Positions 22,420-36,289 of a stretch of 64,000 nt of DNA are shown here, in pieces (within the stretch, counting starts at the first letter, position 1; every line of letters begins with the position of its first letter). The stretch covers positions 17,279-81,278 of the forward strand of contig NIVC01002585.1 in NCBI GenBank assembly GCA_002269645.1, written 5' to 3'. The DNA comes from Macrostomum lignano (Eukaryota). The notes beneath the pieces are model-generated. The model was not told the DNA's origin, ran no database searches, and saw only the letters and a list, made by a program, of their open reading frames with translations. The position numbers and the translations under genes are program-made.

Positions 22420-23150
22420 ATATAGATAATGATCAACAAACCATCGAATCTATAGACACTGCTCTACAAACCATTGAATCTATAGACACTGATCTACAAA
22501 CCATTGAGTCTATAGACACTGATCTACAAACCATTGAATCTATAGACACTGATCTACAAACCGTTAAATCTATAGACACTGATCTACAAAACGTTAAATC
22601 TATAGACACTGATCTACAAACCGTTAAATCTATAGACACTGATCTACAAACCATTGAGTCTATAGACACTGATCTACAAACCGTTAAACCTATAGACACA
22701 TCTACAAACCATTGAGTCTATAAACACTGATCTACAAACCATTGAGTCTATAGAGACACTGATCTACAAACCATTGAGTCTATAGACACTGATCTACAAA
22801 CCGTTAAACCTATAGACACTGATCTACAAACCATCGAATCAATAAACACTGATCTACAAACCGTTAAACCTATAGACAAATCTACAAACCATGATCTATA
22901 GACACTGATCTACAAACCATCGAATCAATAAACACTGATCTACAAAACAATGAATCTATAGACACTGATCTACAAACCGTTAAACCTATAGACACATCTA
23001 CAAACCATTGAGTCTATAGACACTGATCTACAAACCATTGAGTCTATAGAGACACTGATCTACAAACCATTGAGTCTATAGACACTGATCTACAAACCGT
23101 TAAACCTATAGACACATCTACAAACCATGATCTATAAGCACTGATCTACA
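22420..23150. repeat. 30-bp minisatellite (TCTATAGACACTGATCTACAAACCATTGAG)n
   Basis: Visible tandem array just downstream of the SLC6-like stop codon. ORFs 22413-22715 and 22433-22699 are repeat translations. Confidence 0.93.
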
Positions 23151-23212
23151 AATCTACAGACAAAAGGTATATCTTACAAATGAAAATCCAGCAATAGAGC
23201 ATAATAAATCAA

Positions 23213-26200
23213 TCAAATCTCAGAGCCGTACATTGGTCTGGACTGCAGCGTGGCAGTGTTGGACCTGCTTTGCATCTGATAGCTGTGCTGGGCCGGGTGC
23301 TGGTACTGCTGCTGCTGGAACTGAAACCCTGTCCCGGTGCTGCTCAACTGCTGCTGCTGGCGCTTCCTCTGCTCTGCCAGCTGGTCTTCTTCCGGCAGGA
23401 AATCGCCGTAAAACAAGCGTTGACACCTACTGCCGCTGGAGCTTTCGCCACTGCATAGCATGACGAGCAGGCCGACAAAGAACCCGAGAGCTGGAGGCCC
23501 GATAGCAACTAGCCAGCCAATAGCGTTGAAGGCAGTTGGAATTGGAGTGACGCTACGTTCGGGCGTCTCGTAGTGACAGCCGGATATCGACGGGGGATTA
23601 TTGATGGAGGCGCAGTACCTAGGAATGGATTAGTGAAATCATTGCAGGCGTCACTGGCTAAGTCAATTTCCTAAATTAGGCTGGTATTTCCTAAATTAGG
23701 CTGGGATTTCCTAAATTAGACTGGGATTTCCTAAATTAGACTGGGATTTCCTAAATAAGACTAGGATTTCCTAAATTAGACTGGGATTTCCTAAATTAGA
23801 CTGGGATTTCCTAAATTAGACTGGGATTTCCTAAATTAGACTGGGATTTCCTAAATTAGACTGGGATTTCCTAAATAAGACTAGGATTTTTGAAATTAGA
23901 CTGGGAGTGGGATTTCCCAAATTAGGCTGGGATTTCCTAAATTAGACTGGGATTTCCTAAATTAGACTGGGATTTCCTAAATTAGACTGGGATTTCCTAA
24001 ATTAGACTGGGATTTCCTAAATTAGACTGGGATTTCCTAAATTAGACTGGGATTTCCTAAATAAGACTAGGATTTCCCAAATTAGACTGGGATTTCCCAA
24101 ATTAGGCTGGGATTTCCTAAATAAGACTAGGATTTCCCAAATTAGACTGGGATTTCCTAAATAAGACTAGGATTTCCCAAATTAGACTGGGATTTCCCAA
24201 ATTAGGCTGGGATTTCCTAAATTAGACGGGGATTTCCTAAATTAGACTGGGATTTCCTAAATTAGACTGGGATTTCCTAAATTAGGCTGGGATTTCCTAA
24301 ATTAGGCTGGGATTTCCTAAATTAGGCTGGGATTTCCTAAATTAGACTGGGATTTACCAAATTAGACTGGGATTTCCTAAATTAGACTGGAATTTCCTAA
24401 ATTAGACTGGGTTTTCCTAAATAAGACTAGGATTTTCTAAATTAGACTAGGATTTTCTAAATTAGACTGGGATTTCCCAAATTAGACTGGGTTTTCCAAA
24501 ATAAGACTAGGATTTTTGAAATTAGACTAGGATTTTCTAAATTAGACTGTATTTTCTTAAATTAGACTGTATTTTCTTAAATTAGACTGGGATTTCCTAA
24601 ATTAGACTGGGATTTCCCAAATTAGGCTGGGATTTCCTAAATTAGGCTGGGATTTCCTAAATTAGGCTGGGATTTCCTAAATTAGGCTGGGATTTCCTAA
24701 ATTAGGCTGGGATTTCCTAAATTAGGCTGGGATTTCCTAAATTAGACTGGGATTTCCTAAATTAGACTGGGATTTCCTAAATTAGACTGGGATTTCCTAA
24801 ATTAGACTGGGATTTCCTAAATTAGACTGGGATTTCCTAAATTAGACTGGGATTTCCTAAATTAGACTGGGATTTCCTAAATTAGACTGGGATTTACCAA
24901 ATTAGACTGGGATTTCCTAAATTAGACTGGGATTTCCTAAATTATACTGTATTTTTTAAATTAGAGTAGAGTAGGATTAGAGTAGAATTATTTCTATACA
25001 TATCGGCTTTTTTTCTCCAGCTTTAATTAGTTTTCGATACATATCGGCTTTATTTCACTAGCAGGAGGGAAGTCTTACCAGCAATAGATAGCCACAAACA
25101 GTACCACGGAGAGGCCCAACGAGATGAGGCACAGGAGTCTGGGCACCAGAGAAGCCGCCTTAGTCCGATAGTAGGCCATAAAGAAGGCCACCCCAGCGCC
25201 AGCCGCAATCAGCAGCATGAACCTGTCCATAAAGACGTCCATCAGCCGCAGCCACCAGAATCCAGATTTAATTATAAACGGAAAACTCAAAGCAAACAGA
25301 ACAGGACAGGTGAGTCCGGTCATGAGTCGGTAGGTTCGAACTTTTCTCTGCTCAACCGACCGATACCTGGACCGCATATAGTCTACAATGGTATCCGCAG
25401 AGGCCACGAACAGCAGTGACTGCGCCAGCAGCAGGAACAGATAGAGGCTTAAAAAGAAGCAGACACCAACAGCCCGGTTCAGAGCCAGCCGGGACAGCAT
25501 GTGCGGAATCAGGGTGAAGGGCTGGGCAAAGCCATAGGTCACGTGACAGCGCAGGTAGTCCAGGTCGTAGGCTGCGGATTGGGGAGTACGACCTTGTATT
25601 CGTAGATTCTTTATGCGTGCTTTTGTGCATTTTTTATGTTTGCTTTCTATTCTTATAATCTCTCAATCGAGAGATTTATGAATTTAGCGTGTATATAATC
25701 TTGCCTATCTCTTATAATGATATATATTATTATCATCTCTACAGATATCTAATCTCACCATCTCTATAGACGTCTAAATCTCTCCATCTCTATTCTCTAC
25801 GGATATCTAATCTCACCATCTCTATAGACATTTAATCTCTCCATCTCTATTCTCTACGGATATCTAATCTCACCATCTCTATAGACATTTAATCTCTCCA
25901 TCTCTATTTTCTACGGATATCTAATCTCACCATCTCTATAGACATTTAATCTCTCCATCTCTATTTTCTACGGATATCTAATCTCACCATCTCTATAGAT
26001 ATCTCATTTCATCATTTTTATTTTTCTATTTATTCTCCTTATCTTTATTTATACATCTTATCTCATCATATTTATTCATATATCTATCGTCTTCATTTTT
26101 ATTATAATATATAATCTCACCATCTCTACAAATATCTAATCCCACCATCTCTACAGATATCTAATCCCACCATCTCTACAGTCATCTAACCTCACCATCT

Positions 26201-29200
26201 CTATAGATATCTGATCTCATCATTTTTAATTATGTATCTATTTTCCTTATCTTTATTTATACATCTGATCTCATGATATTTATTCATATATCTATCGTCT
26301 TCATTTTTATCCTTTTATCTGATCTTACCATCTCTACAGATATCTAATCCTACCATCTCTACAGGCATCTAATCTCACCATCTCTACAAATATATAATAT
26401 CACCATCTCTAGAGATATCTAATCCCACCATCTCTACAGACATCTAATCTCACCATATCTACAGACATCTAATCTCACCATCTCTACAGACATCTAATCT
26501 TACTATCTCTACAGACATCTAATCCCACCATCTCTACAGACATCTAATCTCACTATCTCTACAGACATCTAATCTCACTATCTCTACAGACATCTAATCT
26601 CACTATCTAATCTCACATCTAATCTCACTATCTCTACAGACATCTAATCTCACTATCTCTACAGACATCTAATCTCACTATCTCTACAGACATCTAATCT
26701 CACCATATCTACAGACATCTAATCTCACTATCTCTACAGACATCTAATCTCACCATCTCTACAGACATCTAATCTCACTATCTCTACAGACATCTAATGC
26801 CACCATCTCTACAGACATCTAATGCCACCATCTCTAAAGACATCTAATCTCACCATCTCTACAGACATCTAATCTCACTATCTCTACAGACATCTAATCT
26901 CACTATCTAATCTCACATCTAATCTCACCATCTCTACAGACATCTAATCTCACTATCTCTAGACATCTAATCTCACCATCTCTACCCTCTACAGACATCT
27001 AATCTCACTATCTCTACAGACATCTAATCTCACTATCTCTACAGACATCTAATCCCACCATCTCTACAGACATCTAATCTCACTATCTCTACAGACATCT
27101 AATCTCACTATCTAATCTCACATCTAATCTCACTATCTCTACAGACATCTAATCTCACCATCTCTACAGACATCTAATCTCACCATCTCTACAGACACCT
27201 AATCTCACTATCTCTACAGACATCTAATCTCACCATATCTACAGACATCTAATGCCACCATCTCTACAGACATCTAATCTCACCATATCTACAGACATCT
27301 AATGCCACCATCTCTACAGACATCTAATCTCACCATATCTACAGACATCTAATGCCACCATCTCTACAGACATCTAATCTCACCATATCTACAGACATCT
27401 AATGCCACCATATCTACAGACATCTAATCTCACCATATCTACAGACATCTAATGCCACCATCTCTACAGACATCTAATCTCACCATCTCTACAGACATCT
27501 AATCTCACTATCTCTACAGACATCTAATGCCACCATCTCTACAGACATCTAATCTCAGCAATCTCCCCGAGCACTCACCGGCAGCATAGCTCACAACAGC
27601 CAGCAGAGAAGGCAGTTGCACCACCAGACCGAAGATGAGCAGTACTCCCAGAAAGCTGAACTGCATAGTCTTACGTCCCCTGGGCACCCAGGACCCGACG
27701 GAGGGCCAGACTCCATGCCAGATATGCATCATGCTGGCCAGCTGTACAATGGTAGAGAACAGGCCCCACAGAGGCGGGCTAAAGTCGTAGGTATCCCAAG
27801 CCAATCGATTCAACGGTATGGTCGATGCAAAATTCTTATAGAATCTTTGCCAGTATTTGTCCAGCTGCTGATGAGACGCGTTGCCAATGATAACTCCGAA
27901 TGGAATTAAGAACAGAATCAGAGCCAGGGGGGCTAAGATGTACAGTAGGATGCCCAGCACGCGAGGTCCCCACAGTACAACCAGAAATATGAATATCCAG
28001 TTCAGCAGATGCGGCACAACATTCAATCCGTCCATTAGAAACCAGCGCGGGAACCAGATATCCGAGATGCTGTTGCTGATGTCCATGTTGAAGTACAGGT
28101 AGAAGCCTTCTTCTGGAGTGGGCCCGTGCTGTGTCTGCGCCATCAGGCTGAAGGAGTAATCGGAACTCAGTGGGCTTATCATCCACTATTGATTTCTGTC
28201 TCCCTTCATTTATATATAATCTCGCTGCCGTTCAAATGTAATCTCCATCTATATCTAATCTCCATCCATATCTAATCTCATTATATTCATATCTAATCTT
28301 AGTGAATCCATATCTTATCTCACTTAATCCATATCTAATCCCATTTATCCTATATCTAATCACCTTAATCTCTATCTAATATCACTGAATTTGTATCTAA
28401 TCTCACTTCATCCATATCTAATCCCATTTATCCCACATCTAATCCCATTTATCCCACATCTAATCACCTTAATCTTTATCTAATATCACTGAATTTGTAT
28501 CTAATCTCACTTCATCCGTATCTAAACTCATTTATCCAATATCTAATCTCCTTCATCTCTATCAAATCTCACTTCATCCATAACTAATCTCACTTCATCC
28601 AGATCTAATCTTATTTATTTCATATCTAATACCCTTAATCTATATCTAATCACCTTTTATGTATATTTAATTTCTCTATCCATATATCCCTAACCTCATT
28701 CATTTCATTCATATCTAATCTTCATTTATTCATTCTTTTTCTATTTAATATCAGATCATACTGTATTCGATCTCCCTGCCATCGATATCTAATCTCACTT
28801 CATCCTTATCTAATATGACAGATATCTATAACATCTATAATTAGCTCCATATATACTACTCACGGGCGGCACTCGATTTTCTTATTCCACTCGTCGGCGC
28901 AGCTGCCCCACATGTAGGTGGCGCCAACGCAATAGCGACTATCGCACGGGTAAACAGAGAAGAATATGTACGACAGGCAGTGCGTCATCACGCCCGAGAT
29001 GTAGATTATGCTAATTAGATTGCGAATGATCATGGCTAAACCGAAACCTGCGATTTTTGAAAAAAATGATGCATTTAATCAAATTTAGTTTGACTATTAA
29101 TAAATGTTAATTAAGATATATATCATTTATATTTCATTTATTAAAAAAAATTTGTTAACTATTTTTTATGATCAATTTTTTTCCTACGATTTACCAATTT

Positions 29201-29883
29201 TCAACTATAAGTGTTTGAGAAAACATTTTGCAGGCTTGTATTTTAGTTAGTTGTAATTAGAATTCATCATCAATATTATACATAATAGATGTTGTTTTTT
29301 CATAAAGTAATTATTATTGACTCTGGGTATTGAGTGATGTTTAATATTAAAACATTTTTTGCAAACTCAATGTTCTTTTCTAGGCCTTAGGATATTGATT
29401 TAGAATACAGTAGATCTAGGATTTAAATAAACTTAACACATTTTTCTCGTTTTCAACTGTGATTTTTTGTAGAATATGCTGCATCAAATAGGGTTCTACC
29501 ATAGACAGATTTATGAAAAAGAAGAGAAACCTCTCACGAACAATTGCTACTTATTATCTTATATCTTGCTACTTATTAGTAGGCAGTCAAAGATGATCAA
29601 TGAACTTACCAAAGCTAAATGGAAAGAATTTCTTCATCAATCCAAGAATGCCTCTCTGGTACTGATTGCCCAGCCGGATCTGTATGTACAGCATTGGCGA
29701 GCCAATGATCAGCATGAACAGTACAAAACCCATCAAAGTCCAGCCCGAACCAAAATAGAAGCACTCCTGCAGCTTGACAAATGCAGCCAGAGACATGCAG
29801 CACAGGGAGGCCAGCACCAGCTGCACTACTGACCAGCTTGGGTGGCTGTCTACAAAATCATCTGACTGGTCGTCAAGCCACAT
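23213..29883 (-). CDS. Divergent SLC6/neurotransmitter:sodium symporter-like transporter, ~641 aa, 5 coding exons
   Basis: Exons 29883-29610, 29047-28864, 28147-27579, 25571-25079 and 23618-23213 are phase-consistent (1926 nt). SLC6 landmarks appear in order: IIGSPMLYIQIRLG (TM2), GFGLAMII (TM3), WGSCADEWN...C and TPEEGFY...ISNSIS...RW (EL2), MQFSFLG (TM6), GFWWLRLMD (TM10). Confidence 0.82.
23663..24945. repeat. 20-bp minisatellite (CTGGGATTTCCTAAATTAGA)n, intronic
   Basis: About 60 near-identical units. Confidence 0.96.
25720..27557. repeat. 25-bp minisatellite (GACATCTAATCTCACTATCTCTACA)n, intronic
   Basis: Visible array, degenerate on the left and homogeneous on the right. It contains a duplicated AT-rich spacer. 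Confidence 0.94.
28245..28815. repeat. Degenerate ~21-bp ATCTAATCTCACTTCATCCAT repeat, intronic
   Basis: Shares the ATCTAATC core with the 25-bp array. Confidence 0.75.
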
Positions 29884-31595
29884 TTGAGTGCTGCTTGTGT
29901 CTTGGAATGGCAGTAACAGTAAAAAATGAATTAAGCAATTAAAATTGACACAAAAATTACATACCAAATACATGAGAAGCCTGAGGATTATTTAAGCTAC
30001 TGTAATATATCAAAGAATTTATTTTTTGTTTCAGAGATGATGAGATTAGATATCTGTAGAGATGATGAGATTAGATTTCTGTATAGATAGTGAGATACAA
30101 TTTATGTATAAATATTGTGAGACTAGATGTCCTTAGAGATAGTAAGATTAGATACTGAGATTAGTTTACTAGATTTGTTTTTAGTACATTTTAAAACCAC
30201 CGACAGCTATAAAAAATATAGCAATTAACACAAGGGTTGATTACAACAGTATTTTCAAACTATCCATATACTAAAACTTTATACTATGAATGACATGAAT
30301 ACTCAAATGATATAAAATTTTAGCCTCAATCCCTTGCATATGTGCCATTGAATTAAACATTTTTAGCTTTTCTTAGCATAATAAAACATTTTTTTTATAA
30401 ATTTACAGTTTAGTAAAACAGACCAGTAGCTAACTTTTAGCTCATTTTGATATTTTATAACTTACATTTAGAATGAACAAAATTTGTCAAACTTTGCAAT
30501 ACTCTTTAAAGAAAAATAGTATGAATGCTAATTATATCAAAAAGTGATAGAGTATCTAACAAAGCATAAAATAGGATAAAAAATAATGTAAAAGGTTATT
30601 CAAAATTTATATAAACATATAGTTCTTAATTTTAATTTTATGAATTTAAAAGGCAGTAACATTCTACATCAGGGCTACTACCTACTAAAATTATTATCCA
30701 CTGTTTATAGCCATTGCTTACTTCTAATGAGTATAGTTGTAGTACCCCAGAACACTGAATCAAGACTTTCAGATTCCCTATATAAGTGGAACCTTTTTTC
30801 CAATGATTTCTCATTTATCTTCTATAGTTTGGAAGGCAACATGTATGTCAGGATTTCCTGGTATACAACAAGAGTACTTGCCATTTTTTGCATATATTAG
30901 CATACATCCCAGTGTACATGACACAGTGGACAATTTTTAACTTACACTTACATCTATGACATATCTACAGACATGTTAGGATCAAATAAAGTGACTTTAC
31001 ATAGAATACGCTACATGCAATACTGTTATTATGGAACATAGAATAAGAAAAAAAAACAATTTTAAACTTTGTGTCCTTAAAAACTTGTTTTTTTCTTCTA
31101 TTTTTAGCAAATAAAAAGTATTTAAAGTACTTCAATAGAAGTTTGACTATTTTGCATCCAAATGATTTCTGCTATATAGAATTTACCTGCAAACTATTTT
31201 GCCTATAAACCAGTTTAGCTATAGGGATTTTGGTCATAATGCTTAATAGCTTGTATGCCCTATTTGAATAAATGGACAAAGGGTGTCTGACCATCTGTTG
31301 CAATTTGGGAATTTTCTAGTATTACATTGTGACTGGAGTAAAGGCAGGTAGTGTCACAGCATGGAACAGTTTTGGGTAAACAGCAGGAATAACCATAATT
31401 TTCTTATTAAGGCTAAATGCCTTGTTATCTAATTAGTACAACTATGCTTCTATTTAATGCAAAAGTTAAGATTATCTGTGTTGCATTGCATTTTTTAGCT
31501 ACAATTTTAGACCCCATATCACATATTTGCAGGTTTTCAACACTTATTCCAAAAAGGCTAAATATGTTATATGCATATACATATATGTAGAATAG

Positions 31596-34500
31596 GTACA
31601 CAGTGATTTTGTCTGCCACCTTTTTGTCTGCTAGGAGACAAGACAGCTTTTTCTAGCAGACAAATTGGATGCAATTGTAGAGAGTGAAACTAATTGAGAG
31701 CCTGAGAGTTGTGTCTATATTTATTTATCAGCAACACTGTGTGCAGACACACACTAGATGTACATAGCATTTGTGTGCCAGGAATAACATTAATTTTGTC
31801 ATGCAAGCACTAGGCAGTAGGTGCCTATTAGCAATGTGGGCCATACTATGATGCATGCAACACCCCCTAGTACACTGTATATTAAATCAAGAGTCAGTTG
31901 ACTATTGTGTTAAATTTGGCATGCTATAGCAAAATGACAATCAAAACTTTTCTAACTTGGTCCTGTCAACAAAATGAGCAAATGTATTGCATGTCTAAAT
32001 GCTGTCAGAACAAAGCAACAAGCTTTTCAGTACAATAGATATGACAAGTGGCAATATTGGACATGTCATTCATGTAAATTCCTAAACAGTGAAACTTTAA
32101 AATTCCTAATTCTTAATAATTTAGTAATGTAGAGATATAAATACATGTACCAAGTAGACCTATATGTACATTTTGGTTACAGTTTAACAGTTTAAAGTTG
32201 CATTGCAGGCATCTCACAGGATGAGTACCGCAAGCTGAGTGCTAAAAGTGACTGTGTTTATTTGGCTATGCACACATTACAAAACTTTAGATGTAACACC
32301 TTTGGAAGTTGGAATCGCCATGAACTATGGCGTTGAGATTATCAATATTGAGGTGGTTGAAGTGATGGATTTCAATGCTGAAGAAGCTGATGTGGAAGCT
32401 GAGGTAGCTGATATGCAGGAGGCTGAGGTGGCTTATATGCAGGGGGCTGAGGTGGCTGATGTGCAGGAGGCTGAGGTGGCTGATATTCTACATGCTGAGG
32501 TTTTCAGTGTTAAAGTGAAAGTGCTAAAGAGGCTGATGTCGTGTAAGAAGCTAATGAGGCTGATGTCATTCAGGAAGCTGATGAGGCTGATGTGCAGGAG
32601 GCTGGGGCATTCAATTTGCAGCTTGGTGCTAGCAAGCAAGGTGGCGATTTACTAATATTGTCTCTGGGCTCATACATGCGCAACCTCCAAAATTCAGTCG
32701 GCCATGCGACTTAGTTTTTGGCCAAAAAATGCAAAAAAACCCTAAAGCAAAATTAACGCAAGTTTAGGTAAACGACAGGAGTAACTATGACTGTCTTATT
32801 AAGTCAAAATGCCTCGTCAGCTACTTAGTACTACTACTTTGGTGTTTTTTGGGTGGGCATTTTTGCGACTTCCTTGGTTGGCCGCCAAATTGGTCGGCCA
32901 GATCGGCCGACTCGGCCGACTGTTGCGCATGTATGTCTGGGCTATGTTCTTGGATGCGATGGAGAGAAAAGTGGCTCCAAGTATTAGAAATGTGTAGTAT
33001 ACAATCATTCAGTCAGGTGTGCTGGCAACGTTACTGAGTCACCTGGTGGCACATATCACCTATCGAAGAGGCATACTTGTGAGCCTAACACTGATGCTGA
33101 TTTGTGTAGAATAATTGCACTAGAAGTCAAGGGTGCTGCAAAGAAGGCAAAATATGTTCCGGCTAAGGCTCTATCTAAGGCAGCCATGAGCAAGCATGCA
33201 GACAAGTTTCAAGTCCAAGCTCCAAACCTAGACCAGTTGGTACATCAGGCAAATTGGCTCTGACAGAATCAAAGGCAACAGCAACCAGCAACACTCAAAT
33301 TCCAGTTGAGCAGTGACAACATCCCTCAACCTTTTCTGCATGCAGATGTGGCAGTTGCATGGACAAGGAAGAGGCACATTGTGCTTTCAAGTCCTGAGCA
33401 GCTAAATGCACTATCACACTGCCTAGACTGGTTTCTTGATAGGACATTCAGCATAGTTAAGGAGCCATTTGTACAATTATATAGCATACATGGTGTGGTT
33501 GAATCTGGTGGAACAAAACGGATCTGTGCACCTGCATACATAATCATGTCTAGGACTCTAGATGCACAAAGGCTGATTATGTGGCTGTATTTGTCACTCT
33601 TTGTTGCATGCTTTTTGAAGCTGTAGTGACACATGCAATGCTAGACTTTGAGCCTGCTATCTAGCAGGCACTGAGAGAAGTCTTCCCAAATGCGAAACTA
33701 AATGGCTGCATATTTCATTATAGCCAAGCAGTTTATTGTAGAATTGGCCTGCTTGGCCTTATCCCAGCATACACAACATACAGACCTATCTGCGCTTTGT
33801 GCAGACAGCTAATGGCCCTGCAATATTTGCCTAGCTAGCAATATTGAAGCTGCATTTGAAGGCCTATAGCCACTGGTAACATCATAGCTAATTACAGATC
33901 TATTTAACTACATTGATTCTACATGGCTGTCACATTCTATCTGGAGTATTCAGTCCCTCTCAGCATACCTACTTGTTGATAGGACAAACAATGCTATTGA
34001 GGGTTGGCACTAGGGATTGAAAAGACATACTGCTGCATATATGAATATATTTGCTCTAAAAGGTATCCTAGCAGAGCAAACAACCCTGCTAGGGCTACAG
34101 CTTTGTGGCCTAGCACCTTTGCCAATATTGCACTCAAAGCAAGGTGGCAGATGTCATAGTGCCACACTACAGGTTGCATGGACAGCCTTATTAGGCTAGT
34201 CGTCTTACTGTTGCTGGTCTTCTGGAACACTGTAGTGAGGTTGTTTCACTGTAAGTACATAGCTATAATGTCACCTTAACTATAGGCCTATCTAACTATA
34301 TGATATCTATTGCCAGGACCTGCACCAGAGCAGTTACGAAAATTAGATTTCTCAGTAGTTGCACGCACTCTTTTGCACTACTTGAGTAGTCTGATTTTCG
34401 TTTGGCATGGCTGGTTCCAGAAGGTAGTTCCTCTGGATAAAAGTGCTTACCGCGCCCATTGGCTTTCCAGCTGCCTTAATCGTTTCCGGTGATCTTGTGT

Positions 34501-35009
34501 GCGTGCTTTCAACTTGATTGGCTGCAGCAAGCTTCGCTTGCTCTTTCTCGCTATCTACTATATGATATCAGCTGTCCAATTTTTACTTTATATCTTTGAC
34601 TTTATCTCTCCACTTTTTAATGCTCAATTTAAAATACTTTTACCTTCAAATTTTTAGTAGCTGTCCAATCCTTAGCTTCTAATTTGTAGCCACAAACTTT
34701 GAACTTCAAAATCTTTCCACTTTTTAATGCTCAATTTAAAATACCTTTACCTTCAAATTTTTATTAACTATCCAATTTAAATATTACCAATATAACATTT
34801 CAAAGATTATCAAAGAAACAAATATTAGTTTCAGTTTTATAGCCCAATATCTAAAAGATAAGTTAAAAGTTGGATGAGTAGATTATATAAAATAGACCTA
34901 CCTGAACATTTCCATAGCAGACAAAATGACCCCATTGGTAGTTGAAATGACTTTACAAATATTAGTAGACAAAAAAGTGGCAGACAAAAGTCACAAAACT
35001 CTGTCAACC
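31596..35009 (+). mobile_element. Decayed Mutator-like element (MULE) with FLYWCH-type transposase pseudogene
   Basis: Imperfect TIRs GTGATTTTGTCTGCCACCTTTTTGTCTGCTA (~31603) / TAGTAGACAAAAAAGTGGCAGACAAAAGTCAC (~34993). TAGAATA lies in both flanks as a possible decayed TSD. Exact ends are uncertain. Confidence 0.75.
32809..34020 (+). pseudogene. MULE transposase remnant (stops and frameshifts)
   Basis: FLYWCH-like Y*KC...C...HTC (~32990-33080), WFLDRTF...FVQLYSIHG, MLDFEPAI*QALREVFP...GCIFHYSQA and RTNNAIEGWH: the canonical MULE DDE motifs, with in-frame stops. Confidence 0.85.
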
Positions 35010-36289
35010 ATAGAATAAGGCTTATAGTATACTAGTGTAGCATGTAGTATTATAATATATAAATAAAAATATAATATAAATGATATAACACAACTTGTTA
35101 TAAATACTGATCATAGTTTTCTATCTCCTTCTCCTAATAGCTAAAAATATACTTTAACTAAAAACTCTGATAGGCCTCAGGTTTATTGTTTGGCTAAGAT
35201 ATTAACTTGTTTTATTCTAATTGATTGACTAAGTATTTGACTGTTCTGTTATAGGTTCTGTTATAGCATATGACTTTTTTCAGCTTTCTCTTAATCAGCT
35301 CTCTAAGATTTGTTCCAGCACAGTTGTGCTATGATTCTGACTATGGGAGGGGAGGCCACTAGGCCTATGCCACTATTGTATTTACTTTAATTTGGCTTTG
35401 ATACTAAGTCTAAATCCAAGACAATATAATAGTTATGTACAGGCAAAATAATACTAAAATTGTTATTAGTTACATTTACACTTAGCTTAAGTTAATCCTT
35501 AGGCCCTAGCTTATCCTAACCTAACACCAGTAAAAAAGGTCATTAAAGGAAGCCATTTAAAAGCTAAAATAAGTCTGAAGTTGAAAATTTACGAATCGAT
35601 GAGCAATACTGCAGCTGATGTGACTAATATATCGACACTATATGATACAACAATATCAAGAATCTCTAATCGAAGGTAGATGTATGATATGATACCATTA
35701 GGCCTACCAAACGGTTTGTTTTAAATAAAGCAAGCAAACCCAAAAATTAATAAAGCAACTACATGTTTTTTCTTATTGCTTTAACTTTTATCCGTCTGTC
35801 ATTGCTAACACTTCCCAAATTAGTCTAGGTTCTGCCAGGTTAGGTTCTGGTGACGATTTCTTATCAACATGACCCTCGATTGCTTCCTGGTTTTCGTAAT
35901 TCCTGTAAACAGTATATGTTAAATTTATACGCAAAAGTTCCAGTTAGACCAAAGTAGCGCGTTTTCTGATTTATTATTTTTTCCAGTATGCCACTTAGTA
36001 GACATAATCACAGTGAAAAATATAGAATTCTATTCAATTTAGATTCTTTCATCAGTTTGTTTATCTGAGACTCGAATATCCATGGATATTGCACGAGGGC
36101 TCCGTATCGTAGGATGTAGTTCACAGAGATTGATAACTGTTTGCTTGGTAAAACTTCTATTTCTGTTGTATGCTGCATTAATTAGGTCAAATTGCATTTA
36201 GAGTTTGCTTTAAAAGCATTTTAGGAACTCATATCAAATCATAATTGCAGTACAGCCTTGACTTACTGTATTTGACTTAGCTGCAGGGT

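Noticed and set aside
28148-28187. SLC6 exon starting at the ORF-track start (28182-28185)
   Set aside because: It is phase-incompatible with the donor at 28864. The stronger CTCCTTCAG acceptor at 28148 fits.
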